NCBI RefSeq assembly: GCF_041886205.1
Contig: NZ_CP169029.1
Direction: 5' to 3' (one strand)
DNA length: 64,000 nucleotides
Source of the DNA: Escherichia coli
Lineage (GTDB): Bacteria; Pseudomonadota; Gammaproteobacteria; Enterobacterales; Enterobacteriaceae
Within the stretch, counting starts at the first letter, position 1. The number at the start of each line of letters is the position of its first letter. The notes beneath the pieces were generated by a model, which worked only from the letters and a program-made list of their open reading frames with translations, made no database searches and was not told the origin of the DNA. The position numbers and the translations under genes are program-made. This document shows positions 9,263 through 19,772 of the stretch, in pieces.

Positions 9263-10351
9263 TTACACCATTGGCACTAATGAAAGCGCGTTATCGGCAG
9301 ACAGGGTAGGGTTGTTTAAGCTGCCGCTGGCGCGCGAAATTGCCGCGCAGGCTACCGCAAAACGGGCGCTGTCGCGGAAACTGTATCCTTCAAGAAAGCT
9401 ATATACCAGGCCCGCCATAAAACCATCGTCAGCACCAAAACTGTCTACTGTCGTATGCGCTGGCGCGGTCAGCAAAAATTGTTCTCCATCCTTTTCGCTG
9501 CAATAAACTGACTCATCGGGCAAATAAACAAACAGTTGCTGAACACCTTGCTGATGCAATGCATTCACTGCGGCATTACGGTCAGCATCGCTGGTGATCG
9601 CCTGTCCCCATAAAATTTCCAGCTCCGGTAAAGTGGGTTTCAGGGTGTGAATATGCGCCAGCCAGTGTTTGATTTTGCCCGCTTTGAATTCTGAAACGGT
9701 ATCGACAAACACCGGGATTTCATCAGCGAGGGTAAAGACCCATTCCAGCGCCTCGGCTGTCAGGTTGCAATCAGCCAGTACCACGCCCGCATGACGAAGT
9801 AAATCGCGCGACCCGTTCAGTAGTTGCGGTGTCAACTGTTCCAGCAGATGGGTATCGTTAATCGCCAGCACGGTTTGATCGTCTCGATTGGCAATTGCCA
9901 GATACGTCGATGTGCTTTGACCATGCAAACGAACGCAGCCGGAGACATTCACGCCGGCACGGCGCGTTTCTTCCAGGAGCATTTCGCCATAAAAGTCATC
10001 GCCAATCACTGAAAGCAAATGGACGTCACGGCCTAACAGCGCCAGATTGTGGGCGATGTTGCGTCCCACGCCGCCCGCCGAGCAATGAATTGTACCGGGA
10101 TGAGAAGCCGCTTGCGGGTAACGGATATCCGCCATCCCGCGAATATCCATATTGATTGTCCCCACCACTACGCAGTATTCCTGCTCGGTGAGAATGTAAC
10201 CTTTGCCTTTAATCCGCCCTTTGCGCATTAAATCCATAATATGCGCCGCAACGCGCGAACGACTGATTTGCAGCATGTCCGCAATTTCGTTCTGCTGAAT
10301 CAGCGGGTTACGCCGTAAAATTGCAAGGATCTCCTTTTCCCGGTTATTCAT
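9263..10351 (-). CDS. yeiI: HTH-fused PfkB-family sugar/nucleoside kinase YeiI
   Basis: 362-aa ORF: N-terminal HTH (ILAILRRNPLIQQNEIADMLQISRSRVAAHI) followed by a ribokinase-like domain homologous to PsuK. Confidence 0.85.
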   Translation of the reverse strand: MNNREKEILAILRRNPLIQQNEIADMLQISRSRVAAHIMDLMRKGRIKGKGYILTEQEYCVVVGTINMDIRGMADIRYPQAASHPGTIHCSAGGVGRNIAHNLALLGRDVHLLSVIGDDFYGEMLLEETRRAGVNVSGCVRLHGQSTSTYLAIANRDDQTVLAINDTHLLEQLTPQLLNGSRDLLRHAGVVLADCNLTAEALEWVFTLADEIPVFVDTVSEFKAGKIKHWLAHIHTLKPTLPELEILWGQAITSDADRNAAVNALHQQGVQQLFVYLPDESVYCSEKDGEQFLLTAPAHTTVDSFGADDGFMAGLVYSFLEGYSFRDSARFAVACAAISRASGSLNNPTLSADNALSLVPMV

Positions 10352-10353
10352 CT

Positions 10354-11211
10354 TCAGGCTACCGCTTTTTCAGTTTGTTGCGCTTTCAGCCAGGCGATCT
10401 CTTCTGCCCAGATATCCGGGTTGATGGTTTCAAGGATCAGCGGAATGCCGTCGAAACGGTCGTCTTGCATGATCCAGCGGAACGCATCATGACCGATATT
10501 GCCTTCACCGAGGCTATGATGGCGGTCAACGCGGCTGCCAAAGGTACTTTTCGCATCGTTAAGGTGCATCCCGCGCAGATACTTAAAGCCGACAATACGG
10601 GCAAAATCAGCGAACGTTTTTTCGCATTCGGCTGGAGTACGCAAATCATACCCGGCAGCGAAAGCATGGCAGGTATCAATGCAGACGCCGACGCGGGATT
10701 TATCTTCCACGCCGTCGATAATCGCTGCGAGATGTTCGAATTTAAACCCTAAGTTACTGCCCTGACCGGCGGTGTTTTCAATCACCGCGGTGACACCTTG
10801 AGTTTTATCCAGCGCAATGTTGATGGATTCGGCAATACGCGCAAGGCAATCCTCTTCTGAAATCTGCATCAGATGGCTGCCAGGGTGGAAGTTGAGCAAA
10901 GAAAGCCCCAGCTGTTCGCAACGCTGCATTTCATCTATAAAGGCATCGCGCGATTTTTCCAGAGCTTCAGCAACCGGATGTCCGAGGTTAATCAGATAAC
11001 TGTCGTGGGGAAGAATTTGCGCCGATGTGTAGTGATATTTTTCACAGGCGGCTTTGAATTCATCGATGGTTTGCGTCGTGAGCGGTGCGGCACGCCACTG
11101 ACGTTGGTTTTTGGTGAACAAGGCAAACGCGGTTGCGTCGATTTCGGCGGCGCGAATTGCGGCATTTGCCAGACCGCCAGCAGCACTAACGTGCGCTCCA
11201 ATGTATTTCAT
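10354..11211 (-). CDS. nfo: Endonuclease IV
   Basis: 285-aa ORF starting [39 protein letters not shown]. Confidence 0.95.
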   Translation of the reverse strand: MKYIGAHVSAAGGLANAAIRAAEIDATAFALFTKNQRQWRAAPLTTQTIDEFKAACEKYHYTSAQILPHDSYLINLGHPVAEALEKSRDAFIDEMQRCEQLGLSLLNFHPGSHLMQISEEDCLARIAESINIALDKTQGVTAVIENTAGQGSNLGFKFEHLAAIIDGVEDKSRVGVCIDTCHAFAAGYDLRTPAECEKTFADFARIVGFKYLRGMHLNDAKSTFGSRVDRHHSLGEGNIGHDAFRWIMQDDRFDGIPLILETINPDIWAEEIAWLKAQQTEKAVA

Positions 11212-11284
11212 GCGAGGACTCCTGTTAAACCCGCTGGAGGAAAACGGTAATGATAGCGGGTTAACAGGAGCAAGATGTAGTGGT

Positions 11285-12334
11285 TTATGCGATGACGCTT
11301 TGAATCACATAGTTAATCGCACCACCACCAACAATCAGCCAGGCAAACAGTACCAGTGCCATCAGCAGAGGTTTCGCCCCGGCTTTTTTCAGCGCGCTGA
11401 CGTGAGTGGTCAGACCCAGCGCCGCCATCGCCATTGCCAGCAGGAAGGTATCCAGCGTTACCAGCATGTTCACCACGCTCTGCGGTAACAGGTGGAACGA
11501 GTTAAAGATGGCAACGACGATGAACAAGATGGCAAACCACGGAATAGTGATTTTGCTTTTCTCGCCGCTGTTCGCCCCAGACAGCTGTTTAACACGCGCC
11601 GCCAGCAGGATGAGGAACGGAGCCAGCATCATCACGCGCAGCATTTTGGAAATAACTGCTGCGTTTTCCGCATCCGGGCTGATGGCATGACCTGCCGCCA
11701 CCACCTGCGCCACTTCGTGCACAGTAGAACCAATGTAGATACCGAAAGTTTCCGGACTAAACCATTGAGACATCAGCGGATATATCGCCGGGTAGAGGAA
11801 AATCGCGACGGTCCCGAAGATAACAACGGTTGCAACAGCCACGGTTACTTTACTGGCTTCCGCTTTCACTACCGGCTCAGTCGCCAGTACCGCGGCAGCA
11901 CCACAGATACTGCTACCGGCACCGATCAACCAGCTGGTGTGCTTATCCAGACCAAACACTTTCTGCCCCAGGAAGCAAGCCAGCAGGAAGGTACTGGACA
12001 GCGTCAACACGTCAATGATGATCCCACTGATACCGACATCGGCAATTTGCGAGAACGTCAGACGGAAGCCATAAAGAATGATACCCAGACGTAATAAATA
12101 TTGCTTGGCAAACAGCACACCACCGTCACAGCTTTTCCAGATGTGCGGATAGATGGTGTTGCCTAAAACCATCCCCAACAAGATTGCGAGGGTGAGGGCA
12201 CTAAACCCGGCACCCGCAACCGCGGGAATGGAACCACCCCACAGGGCGACCCCGGTGATAACTGCACTCAGGGCTAACCCCGGAATAAAATGCCACAGTG
12301 TACGATGTTGTTTCTGTAAGGTGATATTCGTCAT
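11285..12334 (-). CDS. yeiH: UPF0324 inner membrane protein YeiH
   Basis: 349-aa polytopic membrane ORF, divergent from the LysR regulator yeiE. Confidence 0.85.
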   Translation of the reverse strand: MTNITLQKQHRTLWHFIPGLALSAVITGVALWGGSIPAVAGAGFSALTLAILLGMVLGNTIYPHIWKSCDGGVLFAKQYLLRLGIILYGFRLTFSQIADVGISGIIIDVLTLSSTFLLACFLGQKVFGLDKHTSWLIGAGSSICGAAAVLATEPVVKAEASKVTVAVATVVIFGTVAIFLYPAIYPLMSQWFSPETFGIYIGSTVHEVAQVVAAGHAISPDAENAAVISKMLRVMMLAPFLILLAARVKQLSGANSGEKSKITIPWFAILFIVVAIFNSFHLLPQSVVNMLVTLDTFLLAMAMAALGLTTHVSALKKAGAKPLLMALVLFAWLIVGGGAINYVIQSVIA

Positions 12335-12400
12335 AACCCTCTCCTTTATCCGGGCATAAGGTTACGACTAACTGGTTTAAAAATAAAATTGATTATATAT

Positions 12401-12419
12401 TTATAATTAATCTTTATAA
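12401..12419. promoter_or_regulatory. Candidate LysR-type box in the yeiH-yeiE divergent region
   Basis: ttataa-N7-ttataa dyad (T-N11-A type) read directly between the divergent genes. Confidence 0.3.
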
Positions 12420-12432
12420 GTGGTAAGCGACT

Positions 12433-13314
12433 ATGCACATCACCCTCCGGCAGTTGGAAGTTTTTGCAGAAGTATTGAAAAGTGGATCAACCACCCAGGC
12501 GTCGGTGATGCTGGCGTTGTCGCAATCAGCAGTGAGCGCAGCCTTGACCGACCTGGAAGGGCAGCTTGGCGTTCAACTGTTTGATCGCGTGGGGAAAAGA
12601 CTGGTAGTTAATGAACACGGTCGGCTGCTCTATCCGCGTGCGTTGGCACTGCTTGAACAGGCGGTTGAAATCGAACAACTGTTTCGCGAAGACAACGGCG
12701 CGATTCGTATCTATGCCAGTAGTACCATCGGTAACTACATTCTGCCTGCAGTTATTGCCCGTTATCGCCATGATTATCCGCAGTTGCCGATTGAACTTAG
12801 CGTTGGGAACAGCCAGGACGTGATGCAAGCGGTGCTGGATTTCCGCGTTGATATTGGCTTTATTGAAGGACCGTGCCACAGCACTGAAATCATTTCTGAA
12901 CCGTGGCTGGAAGACGAGCTGGTGGTTTTCGCCGCGCCGACTTCGCCGTTGGCCCGTGGTCCGGTCACCTTAGAGCAGCTGGCCGCTGCGCCGTGGATCC
13001 TGCGTGAACGCGGTTCCGGCACGCGGGAGATTGTCGATTATCTATTGCTGTCACATTTACCGAAGTTTGAGATGGCGATGGAATTAGGTAACTCCGAGGC
13101 AATCAAACATGCGGTGCGTCATGGGTTGGGAATTAGTTGCCTGTCGCGACGGGTGATTGAAGATCAATTGCAGGCAGGCACATTAAGTGAAGTTGCGGTC
13201 CCTCTGCCGCGCCTGATGCGTACGTTGTGGCGTATACATCATCGGCAAAAACACCTTTCCAACGCGCTACGGCGCTTTCTGGACTATTGCGATCCCGCGA
13301 ATGTACCGCGTTAA
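12433..13314 (+). CDS. yeiE: LysR-family transcriptional regulator YeiE
   Basis: 293-aa ORF with N-terminal LysR HTH ([36 protein letters not shown]). Confidence 0.9.
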
Positions 13315-13518
13315 GTTGCTGTACAAGAACATGCTGGTGCTGTGTCGATTTCGTGACGCAGCGCCTTCAGCATGCATTCGCCAGAAAAGAGATTGGCTGC
13401 TTTACTTATAATCCCTGGGCGATCATGAAGGTGTCTTATAACCGTGTATTTCTGCCGGAAGGATTGCCAATCGTCTGCTACAATCGCGCCTCATTTTTTA
13501 GATGGATAGCATTTTTGT

Positions 13519-14988
13519 ATGGTTTCCGAAACTAAAACCACAGAAGCGCCGGGCTTACGCCGTGAATTAAAGGCGCGTCACCTGACGATGATTGCCATTG
13601 GCGGTTCCATCGGTACAGGTCTTTTTGTTGCCTCTGGCGCAACGATTTCTCAGGCAGGTCCGGGCGGGGCATTGCTCTCGTATATGTTGATTGGCCTGAT
13701 GGTTTACTTCCTGATGACCAGTCTCGGTGAACTGGCTGCATATATGCCGGTTTCCGGTTCGTTTGCCACTTACGGTCAGAACTATGTTGAAGAAGGCTTT
13801 GGCTTCGCGCTGGGCTGGAACTACTGGTACAACTGGGCGGTGACTATCGCCGTTGACCTGGTTGCAGCTCAGCTGGTCATGAGCTGGTGGTTCCCGGATA
13901 CACCGGGCTGGATCTGGAGTGCGTTGTTCCTCGGCGTTATCTTCCTGCTGAACTACATCTCAGTTCGTGGCTTTGGTGAAGCGGAATACTGGTTCTCACT
14001 GATCAAAGTCACGACAGTTATTGTCTTTATCATCGTTGGCGTGCTGATGATTATCGGTATCTTCAAAGGCGCGCAGCCTGCGGGCTGGAGCAACTGGACA
14101 ATCGGCGAAGCGCCGTTTGCTGGTGGTTTTGCGGCGATGATCGGCGTAGCTATGATTGTCGGCTTCTCTTTCCAGGGAACCGAGCTGATCGGTATTGCTG
14201 CAGGCGAGTCCGAAGATCCGGCGAAAAACATTCCACGCGCGGTACGTCAGGTGTTCTGGCGAATCCTGTTGTTCTATGTGTTCGCGATCCTGATTATCAG
14301 CCTCATTATTCCGTACACCGATCCGAGCCTGCTGCGTAACGATGTTAAAGACATCAGCGTTAGTCCGTTCACCCTGGTGTTCCAGCACGCGGGTCTGCTC
14401 TCTGCGGCGGCGGTGATGAACGCAGTTATTCTGACGGCGGTGCTGTCAGCCGGTAACTCCGGTATGTATGCGTCTACTCGTATGCTGTACACCCTGGCGT
14501 GTGACGGTAAAGCGCCGCGCATTTTCGCTAAACTGTCGCGTGGTGGCGTGCCGCGTAATGCGCTGTATGCGACGACGGTGATTGCCGGTCTGTGCTTCCT
14601 GACCTCCATGTTTGGCAACCAGACGGTATACCTGTGGCTGCTGAATACCTCCGGGATGACGGGTTTTATCGCCTGGCTGGGGATTGCCATTAGCCACTAT
14701 CGCTTCCGTCGCGGTTACGTATTGCAGGGACACGACATTAACGATCTGCCGTACCGTTCAGGTTTCTTCCCATTGGGGCCGATCTTCGCATTCATTCTGT
14801 GTCTGATTATCACTTTGGGCCAGAACTACGAAGCGTTCCTGAAAGATACTATTGACTGGGGCGGCGTAGCGGCAACGTATATTGGTATCCCGCTGTTCCT
14901 GATTATTTGGTTCGGCTACAAGCTGATTAAAGGAACTCACTTCGTACGCTACAGCGAAATGAAGTTCCCGCAGAACGATAAGAAATAA
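13519..14988 (+). CDS. lysP: Lysine-specific permease (APC family)
   Basis: 489-aa ORF starting MVSETKTTEAPGLRRELKARHLTMIAIGGSIGTGLFVASG. Confidence 0.95.
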   Translation: MVSETKTTEAPGLRRELKARHLTMIAIGGSIGTGLFVASGATISQAGPGGALLSYMLIGLMVYFLMTSLGELAAYMPVSGSFATYGQNYVEEGFGFALGWNYWYNWAVTIAVDLVAAQLVMSWWFPDTPGWIWSALFLGVIFLLNYISVRGFGEAEYWFSLIKVTTVIVFIIVGVLMIIGIFKGAQPAGWSNWTIGEAPFAGGFAAMIGVAMIVGFSFQGTELIGIAAGESEDPAKNIPRAVRQVFWRILLFYVFAILIISLIIPYTDPSLLRNDVKDISVSPFTLVFQHAGLLSAAAVMNAVILTAVLSAGNSGMYASTRMLYTLACDGKAPRIFAKLSRGGVPRNALYATTVIAGLCFLTSMFGNQTVYLWLLNTSGMTGFIAWLGIAISHYRFRRGYVLQGHDINDLPYRSGFFPLGPIFAFILCLIITLGQNYEAFLKDTIDWGGVAATYIGIPLFLIIWFGYKLIKGTHFVRYSEMKFPQNDKK

Positions 14989-15008
14989 GTTTCCTCCCTT
15001 CCTTGCTA

Positions 15009-15035
15009 AGCCCTCTCAACCGAGAGGGCTTTTTC
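15009..15035 (+). terminator. Rho-independent terminator of lysP
   Basis: agccctctc-aacc-gagagggct followed by ttttt. Confidence 0.8.
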
Positions 15036-15083
15036 AATTCCATTTCCCTGACAAATCATGCGGATATAAAATTTAACATTTGG

Positions 15084-15111
15084 ATTGATAATTGTTATCG
15101 TTTGCATTATC
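15084..15111. promoter_or_regulatory. Fur box in the cirA promoter region
   Basis: gattgataattgttatcgtttgcattatcg matches the GATAATGATAATCATTATC Fur consensus; cirA is a classic Fur-repressed gene. Confidence 0.65.
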
Positions 15112-15281
15112 GTTACGCCGCAATCAAAAAAGGCTGACAAATCAGAGGCTGTTCCGGCTTTCTGGGATGATCACCTGCATAAAAAATAAGTCCACCGCGA
15201 TGCTGCCGTACGCAAGGGGACGTGAAGAAGATGTGAGCGATAACCCATTTTATTTTCGTAGTTACCTCATGGAGATATGGA

Positions 15282-17261
15282 ATGTTTAGGTTGAACCCTT
15301 TCGTACGGGTCGGGCTGTGTTTGTCCGCTATTTCTTGTGCATGGCCTGTGTTAGCGGTCGATGATGATGGCGAAACGATGGTTGTCACTGCATCTTCCGT
15401 GGAACAAAATCTTAAAGATGCACCTGCCAGTATCAGCGTCATTACCCAGGAAGACCTGCAGCGAAAACCGGTACAGAATCTGAAGGATGTCCTCAAAGAA
15501 GTGCCTGGCGTACAACTGACGAACGAAGGGGATAACCGTAAGGGCGTTAGTATTCGTGGTCTGGACAGCAGCTATACCCTGATTCTCGTCGACGGTAAAC
15601 GCGTGAACTCCCGCAATGCCGTCTTCCGCCACAATGATTTCGATCTGAACTGGATCCCGGTCGATTCCATCGAACGTATTGAAGTGGTCCGTGGCCCGAT
15701 GTCGTCGCTGTACGGTTCCGATGCGCTCGGCGGTGTAGTGAATATCATCACCAAAAAAATCGGTCAGAAATGGTCGGGTACCGTTACCGTCGATACCACC
15801 ATTCAGGAACATCGCGATCGCGGTGACACCTATAACGGTCAGTTCTTTACCAGTGGACCATTAATTGATGGTGTGCTGGGAATGAAAGCTTACGGCAGCC
15901 TGGCAAAACGTGAAAAGGATGACCCGCAAAACTCAACGACCACCGATACCGGAGAAACGCCGCGTATTGAAGGATTCTCCAGCCGCGACGGCAATGTCGA
16001 ATTTGCCTGGACACCGAATCAAAATCACGATTTTACTGCCGGATACGGTTTCGACCGTCAGGATCGTGATTCCGACTCGCTGGACAAAAACCGCCTGGAA
16101 CGCCAGAACTACTCCGTCAGCCATAATGGGCGTTGGGATTACGGCACCAGCGAACTGAAATACTACGGTGAGAAAGTCGAGAACAAAAACCCTGGCAACA
16201 GCAGCCCGATAACTTCCGAAAGCAATACGGTCGACGGCAAATACACGTTGCCGCTGACGGCGATTAATCAGTTTCTCACGGTTGGCGGTGAATGGCATCA
16301 CGACAAACTTAGCGATGCGGTGAACCTGACCGGGGGAACCAGCTCCAAAACGTCCGCCAGCCAGTACGCGCTATTTGTGGAAGATGAATGGCGGATCTTC
16401 GAGCCGCTGGCGCTGACGACCGGCGTGCGTATGGACGATCACGAAACCTACGGTGAACACTGGAGTCCGCGTGCCTACCTGGTTTATAACGCCACCGACA
16501 CCGTAACGGTGAAAGGGGGCTGGGCGACGGCATTTAAAGCACCTTCTCTGTTGCAACTTAGCCCTGACTGGACGAGCAATTCCTGCCGTGGCACATGTAA
16601 GATTGTGGGTAGCCCGGATCTGAAACCAGAAACCAGCGAAAGTTGGGAGCTGGGGCTTTACTACATGGGTGAAGAAGGCTGGCTGGAAGGGGTTGAATCC
16701 AGCGTTACCGTTTTCCGTAACGATGTGAAAGATCGTATCAGCATCAGCCGTACGTCTGACGTCAACGCTGCACCGGGCTACCAAAACTTTGTCGGTTTTA
16801 CAGCGAACGGTGTGCCGGTATTTAGCTACTACAACGTTAACAAAGCACGTATTCAGGGCGTGGAAACCGAGCTGAAAATTCCGTTCAACGATGAATGGAA
16901 ACTGTCACTCAACTACACCTACAACGATGGTCGTGATGTCAGCAACGGCGAAAACAAACCGCTATCCGATCTGCCGTTCCATACCGCTAACGGTACGCTG
17001 GACTGGAAACCGCTGGCGCTGGAAGACTGGTCATTCTATGTTTCTGGTCACTATACCGGGCAGAAACGAGCCGACAGCGCGACGGCTAAAACACCTGGCG
17101 GTTATACCATCTGGAATACCGGCGCGGCCTGGCAGGTGACTAAAGACGTCAAACTGCGCGCAGGCGTGCTGAACCTTGGCGACAAGGATCTCAGCCGTGA
17201 TGACTACAGTTATAACGAAGATGGACGTCGTTACTTTATGGCAGTGGATTATCGCTTCTGA
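15282..17261 (+). CDS. cirA: TonB-dependent catecholate siderophore / colicin I receptor
   Basis: 659-aa ORF with signal peptide [25 protein letters not shown], TonB box region and C-terminal terminal-Phe beta-barrel (…MAVDYRF). Confidence 0.95.
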   Translation: MFRLNPFVRVGLCLSAISCAWPVLAVDDDGETMVVTASSVEQNLKDAPASISVITQEDLQRKPVQNLKDVLKEVPGVQLTNEGDNRKGVSIRGLDSSYTLILVDGKRVNSRNAVFRHNDFDLNWIPVDSIERIEVVRGPMSSLYGSDALGGVVNIITKKIGQKWSGTVTVDTTIQEHRDRGDTYNGQFFTSGPLIDGVLGMKAYGSLAKREKDDPQNSTTTDTGETPRIEGFSSRDGNVEFAWTPNQNHDFTAGYGFDRQDRDSDSLDKNRLERQNYSVSHNGRWDYGTSELKYYGEKVENKNPGNSSPITSESNTVDGKYTLPLTAINQFLTVGGEWHHDKLSDAVNLTGGTSSKTSASQYALFVEDEWRIFEPLALTTGVRMDDHETYGEHWSPRAYLVYNATDTVTVKGGWATAFKAPSLLQLSPDWTSNSCRGTCKIVGSPDLKPETSESWELGLYYMGEEGWLEGVESSVTVFRNDVKDRISISRTSDVNAAPGYQNFVGFTANGVPVFSYYNVNKARIQGVETELKIPFNDEWKLSLNYTYNDGRDVSNGENKPLSDLPFHTANGTLDWKPLALEDWSFYVSGHYTGQKRADSATAKTPGGYTIWNTGAAWQVTKDVKLRAGVLNLGDKDLSRDDYSYNEDGRRYFMAVDYRF

Positions 17262-17270
17262 TGAGAAGAT

Positions 17271-17293
17271 GCCCGGCGCGGATCCCGCCGGGC
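17271..17293. terminator. GC-rich hairpin between the convergent cirA and transporter gene ends
   Basis: gcccggcg-cggatc-ccgccgggc; no clear T-tract on either strand. Confidence 0.4.
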
Positions 17294-17319
17294 ATAATGC
17301 CAGAAATTCTGTTCTGGAT

Positions 17320-18642
17320 TTATAACCGATGAAATTTTGCCAGTAAGGCCAGTGAAAATGTTGTCAGCAAAATGGTAATGACGGCGTAAATATACACGCC
17401 TGACCATTCCCAACTGTTTTTCACCATAATTACTGGAAGCCCTGCCATTGCCGCACCTACATAACTAAACAAGCCCCTGAATCCAGTAATGGAACCTGCC
17501 GCATCTTTATGCGTAACATCCAGACATCCGACAGCGAATAACATATGTGGTCCATACAATGCAAACCCCATGATTGTAAACAGAATAGCCGTTAATGTGT
17601 AGGAGACGTCCTGTACCAGCGGCACGAGAACGATGCAAATACATAAGGCGATGGCAAACATTAATCCGGTCATCCAGCGGTTACTTTTAAACATAAAATC
17701 GGACAAGTACCCTGCAAGTAATCCCCCTGCAAGTCCACCTGCTTCAAACCAGGATATAATGGAGTTCGCTTTAATCAGGCTCCAGTTATGAACCTGAGAA
17801 TAATAAATTTGTGGCCAGTCATTGAGGATGGTGCGTGCAATATAGACTGACATATCCCCGAGGATAATTAGCCAAACTAATGGGTTGGTAAGAATATATT
17901 TAACGAAAATTTGCCAAAAACTCAGATCAACCGGGCTTGCTTTAACTTGCGCAAGTTCTGTCGGGTCGTTGCGCCACTTACCTACGTTAGGCAAACCGAG
18001 TGTGCCAGGACGATCTTTAATCGTAAACAGGGCAACAACCCCCATAATCAGCGAGATTACACCCGGAACATAAAAACCCATTTTCCAGCTGCCACTAAAA
18101 GCAATGGCAAAGCTTGTCAGGAGAGGTGCAAGACTACCGCCAATATTATGCGCCGCTTCAACAACTGCCCACCAGCGCCCGCGTTCATTTTTAGAGAACC
18201 ACGAGGCCATAATTTTTGCCATCGGCGGAAAACTGGTACCCTGAAGAATAGCATTAAGGCTATACAGGACATAGAACGCAGCAACGCTATCTGAAAAACC
18301 GAAAAGAATGTTAACAATACCGACGCCAATAAGTACGGGGCCGGTCATCGCGCGTGGGTTAATTTTATCAACTAACATGCCACCTACAAACTTCATGGAG
18401 CCATAAAGAATGTAAAAGACCGATGACATGATAGCGAAATCTTGTGCAGTTAATGACGTATCCGTTAACATCGCCGGCATGGCCGCAGAGAAATTCTTGC
18501 GGGTTAAATAAAATACGGCATAAGAGATAAATACAGAGGTGATGATTTCAATGCGAAATTTTTTATAAGTATGATCAACTTCTTCTTTCGGTTTGACCAC
18601 TGGTTGGTCGGCCTGGCTGAAAATAAATTTTTTCAAGCTCAT
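17320..18642 (-). CDS. Organophosphate:Pi antiporter (OPA/MFS; GlpT/UhpT/PgtP-like) transporter, accessory
   Basis: 440-aa 12-TM-type ORF with the GlpT-like N-terminal YLTRKNF motif and overall GlpT/UhpT-like architecture; AAGGAA Shine-Dalgarno before the ATG at 18642; 32 nt downstream of the phosphatase gene on the same strand. Confidence 0.8.
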   Translation of the reverse strand: MSLKKFIFSQADQPVVKPKEEVDHTYKKFRIEIITSVFISYAVFYLTRKNFSAAMPAMLTDTSLTAQDFAIMSSVFYILYGSMKFVGGMLVDKINPRAMTGPVLIGVGIVNILFGFSDSVAAFYVLYSLNAILQGTSFPPMAKIMASWFSKNERGRWWAVVEAAHNIGGSLAPLLTSFAIAFSGSWKMGFYVPGVISLIMGVVALFTIKDRPGTLGLPNVGKWRNDPTELAQVKASPVDLSFWQIFVKYILTNPLVWLIILGDMSVYIARTILNDWPQIYYSQVHNWSLIKANSIISWFEAGGLAGGLLAGYLSDFMFKSNRWMTGLMFAIALCICIVLVPLVQDVSYTLTAILFTIMGFALYGPHMLFAVGCLDVTHKDAAGSITGFRGLFSYVGAAMAGLPVIMVKNSWEWSGVYIYAVITILLTTFSLALLAKFHRL

Positions 18643-18674
18643 CGTGAGTTTCCTTTTCTGTGAACCTTATGGCG

Positions 18675-19562
18675 CTATAATTTTTCTTCTATAAAGAAGA
18701 GAAGCGACTCGAAACCATTAAAATTAATCTGGTTAGCAACTTTTTCCCGGGTTTTAGGTTTTGCTTTCCATGCCACGCCATTCCCGGCATGCAGAAGCAT
18801 AGGAATATCATTAGCGCCATCTCCGCAGGCAATGATGTTTTCACGACAAATAGATAACTCTGTCGCCAAATTTATCAGGGTTTGCTTTTTCTTTTCTGCA
18901 TTCATAATAGGAAAGGTAATTTTGTCAGTTAAGCGATCTTCCTGAATGCGTACAGAGTTAGAAAATGCATAATCAAGTTGATATTTTTCTTTTAATCTCT
19001 CAGTGAAAATATCTAAACCTCCGGATATAATTGCCGTCTTAAATCCTTTTTCTTTAAAAATGGGAAGAATAGTTTTAAGACCTGGTGAAAGAGTCATCTG
19101 TTCACAAACCTGATGCAATATATCTTTATGCGTTCCTTTAAGCATGCCAATTCGACGGGTAAAACTGGTATCAAAATCGATTTTTCCTTCCATCGCTTCA
19201 CGGGTCAGCGCGGTGATTTTTTCAGAGATCCCGAGTCTACGGGCTATTTCATCAACGCCTTCCTCTTCAACAAAGGTGGAATCCATATCAAAGGCAATAA
19301 TTCCCTGACCCGGTAAGTCCGTAGGTTTGCGGAAAAAATCAAAATGATGATGATCAGCACGGTGACGTAAACCAGCATAAAAATCAGGATTGGTTACATC
19401 ATCTGGTAATATTAGCTTTAGATACTCTTTATTTATTTGCTCACTGTAATTCGTTGTTAACGAAAACACCGAGGATGAAACCTTTAAATGTTGCAAATAA
19501 TGTTCCAGACATTTTTTGGTGATGTCGATGCCTGTTGGCGACAAGAAATAAATAATCGTCAT
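18675..19562 (-). CDS. SerB-like HAD-family phosphoserine phosphatase, accessory
   Basis: 295-aa ORF with HAD motifs DMDST, IDEIA, ISGG, GDGANDIPML and AKPK that line up with E. coli SerB as I recall it; AAAGGAG Shine-Dalgarno. Confidence 0.8.
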   Translation of the reverse strand: MTIIYFLSPTGIDITKKCLEHYLQHLKVSSSVFSLTTNYSEQINKEYLKLILPDDVTNPDFYAGLRHRADHHHFDFFRKPTDLPGQGIIAFDMDSTFVEEEGVDEIARRLGISEKITALTREAMEGKIDFDTSFTRRIGMLKGTHKDILHQVCEQMTLSPGLKTILPIFKEKGFKTAIISGGLDIFTERLKEKYQLDYAFSNSVRIQEDRLTDKITFPIMNAEKKKQTLINLATELSICRENIIACGDGANDIPMLLHAGNGVAWKAKPKTREKVANQINFNGFESLLFFIEEKL

Positions 19563-19655
19563 TTACCGCTCCTTTTTATCTGTAATGATTATAATAAGGT
19601 TTCGTAGAGGCTGATGTATCTAACAATCACAGTTGTGAATGTTAAATAAAAGATA

Positions 19656-19716
19656 AAAAAGTACTTTTTTTGATACCTTGAAATAATAAGATACTAAAAG
19701 TACCATTTTTGATATC
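19656..19716. promoter_or_regulatory. Pair of related AT-rich palindromic sites in the divergent promoter region of the islet; candidate operators
   Basis: aaaaagtacttttt (perfect 14-bp palindrome, 19656-19669) with a related copy ctaaaagtaccatttttgata about 40 bp downstream; both are followed by tttgata. Confidence 0.4.
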
Positions 19717-19772
19717 TTTGCCAGGATATAACGAATAACGAGTTTTCAACGTTGAAGGAATTATTTACAAAA

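Noticed and set aside
11492-12094. 200-aa plus-strand ORF antisense to yeiH
   Set aside because: Embedded in the membrane protein gene yeiH, with a highly charged low-complexity translation.
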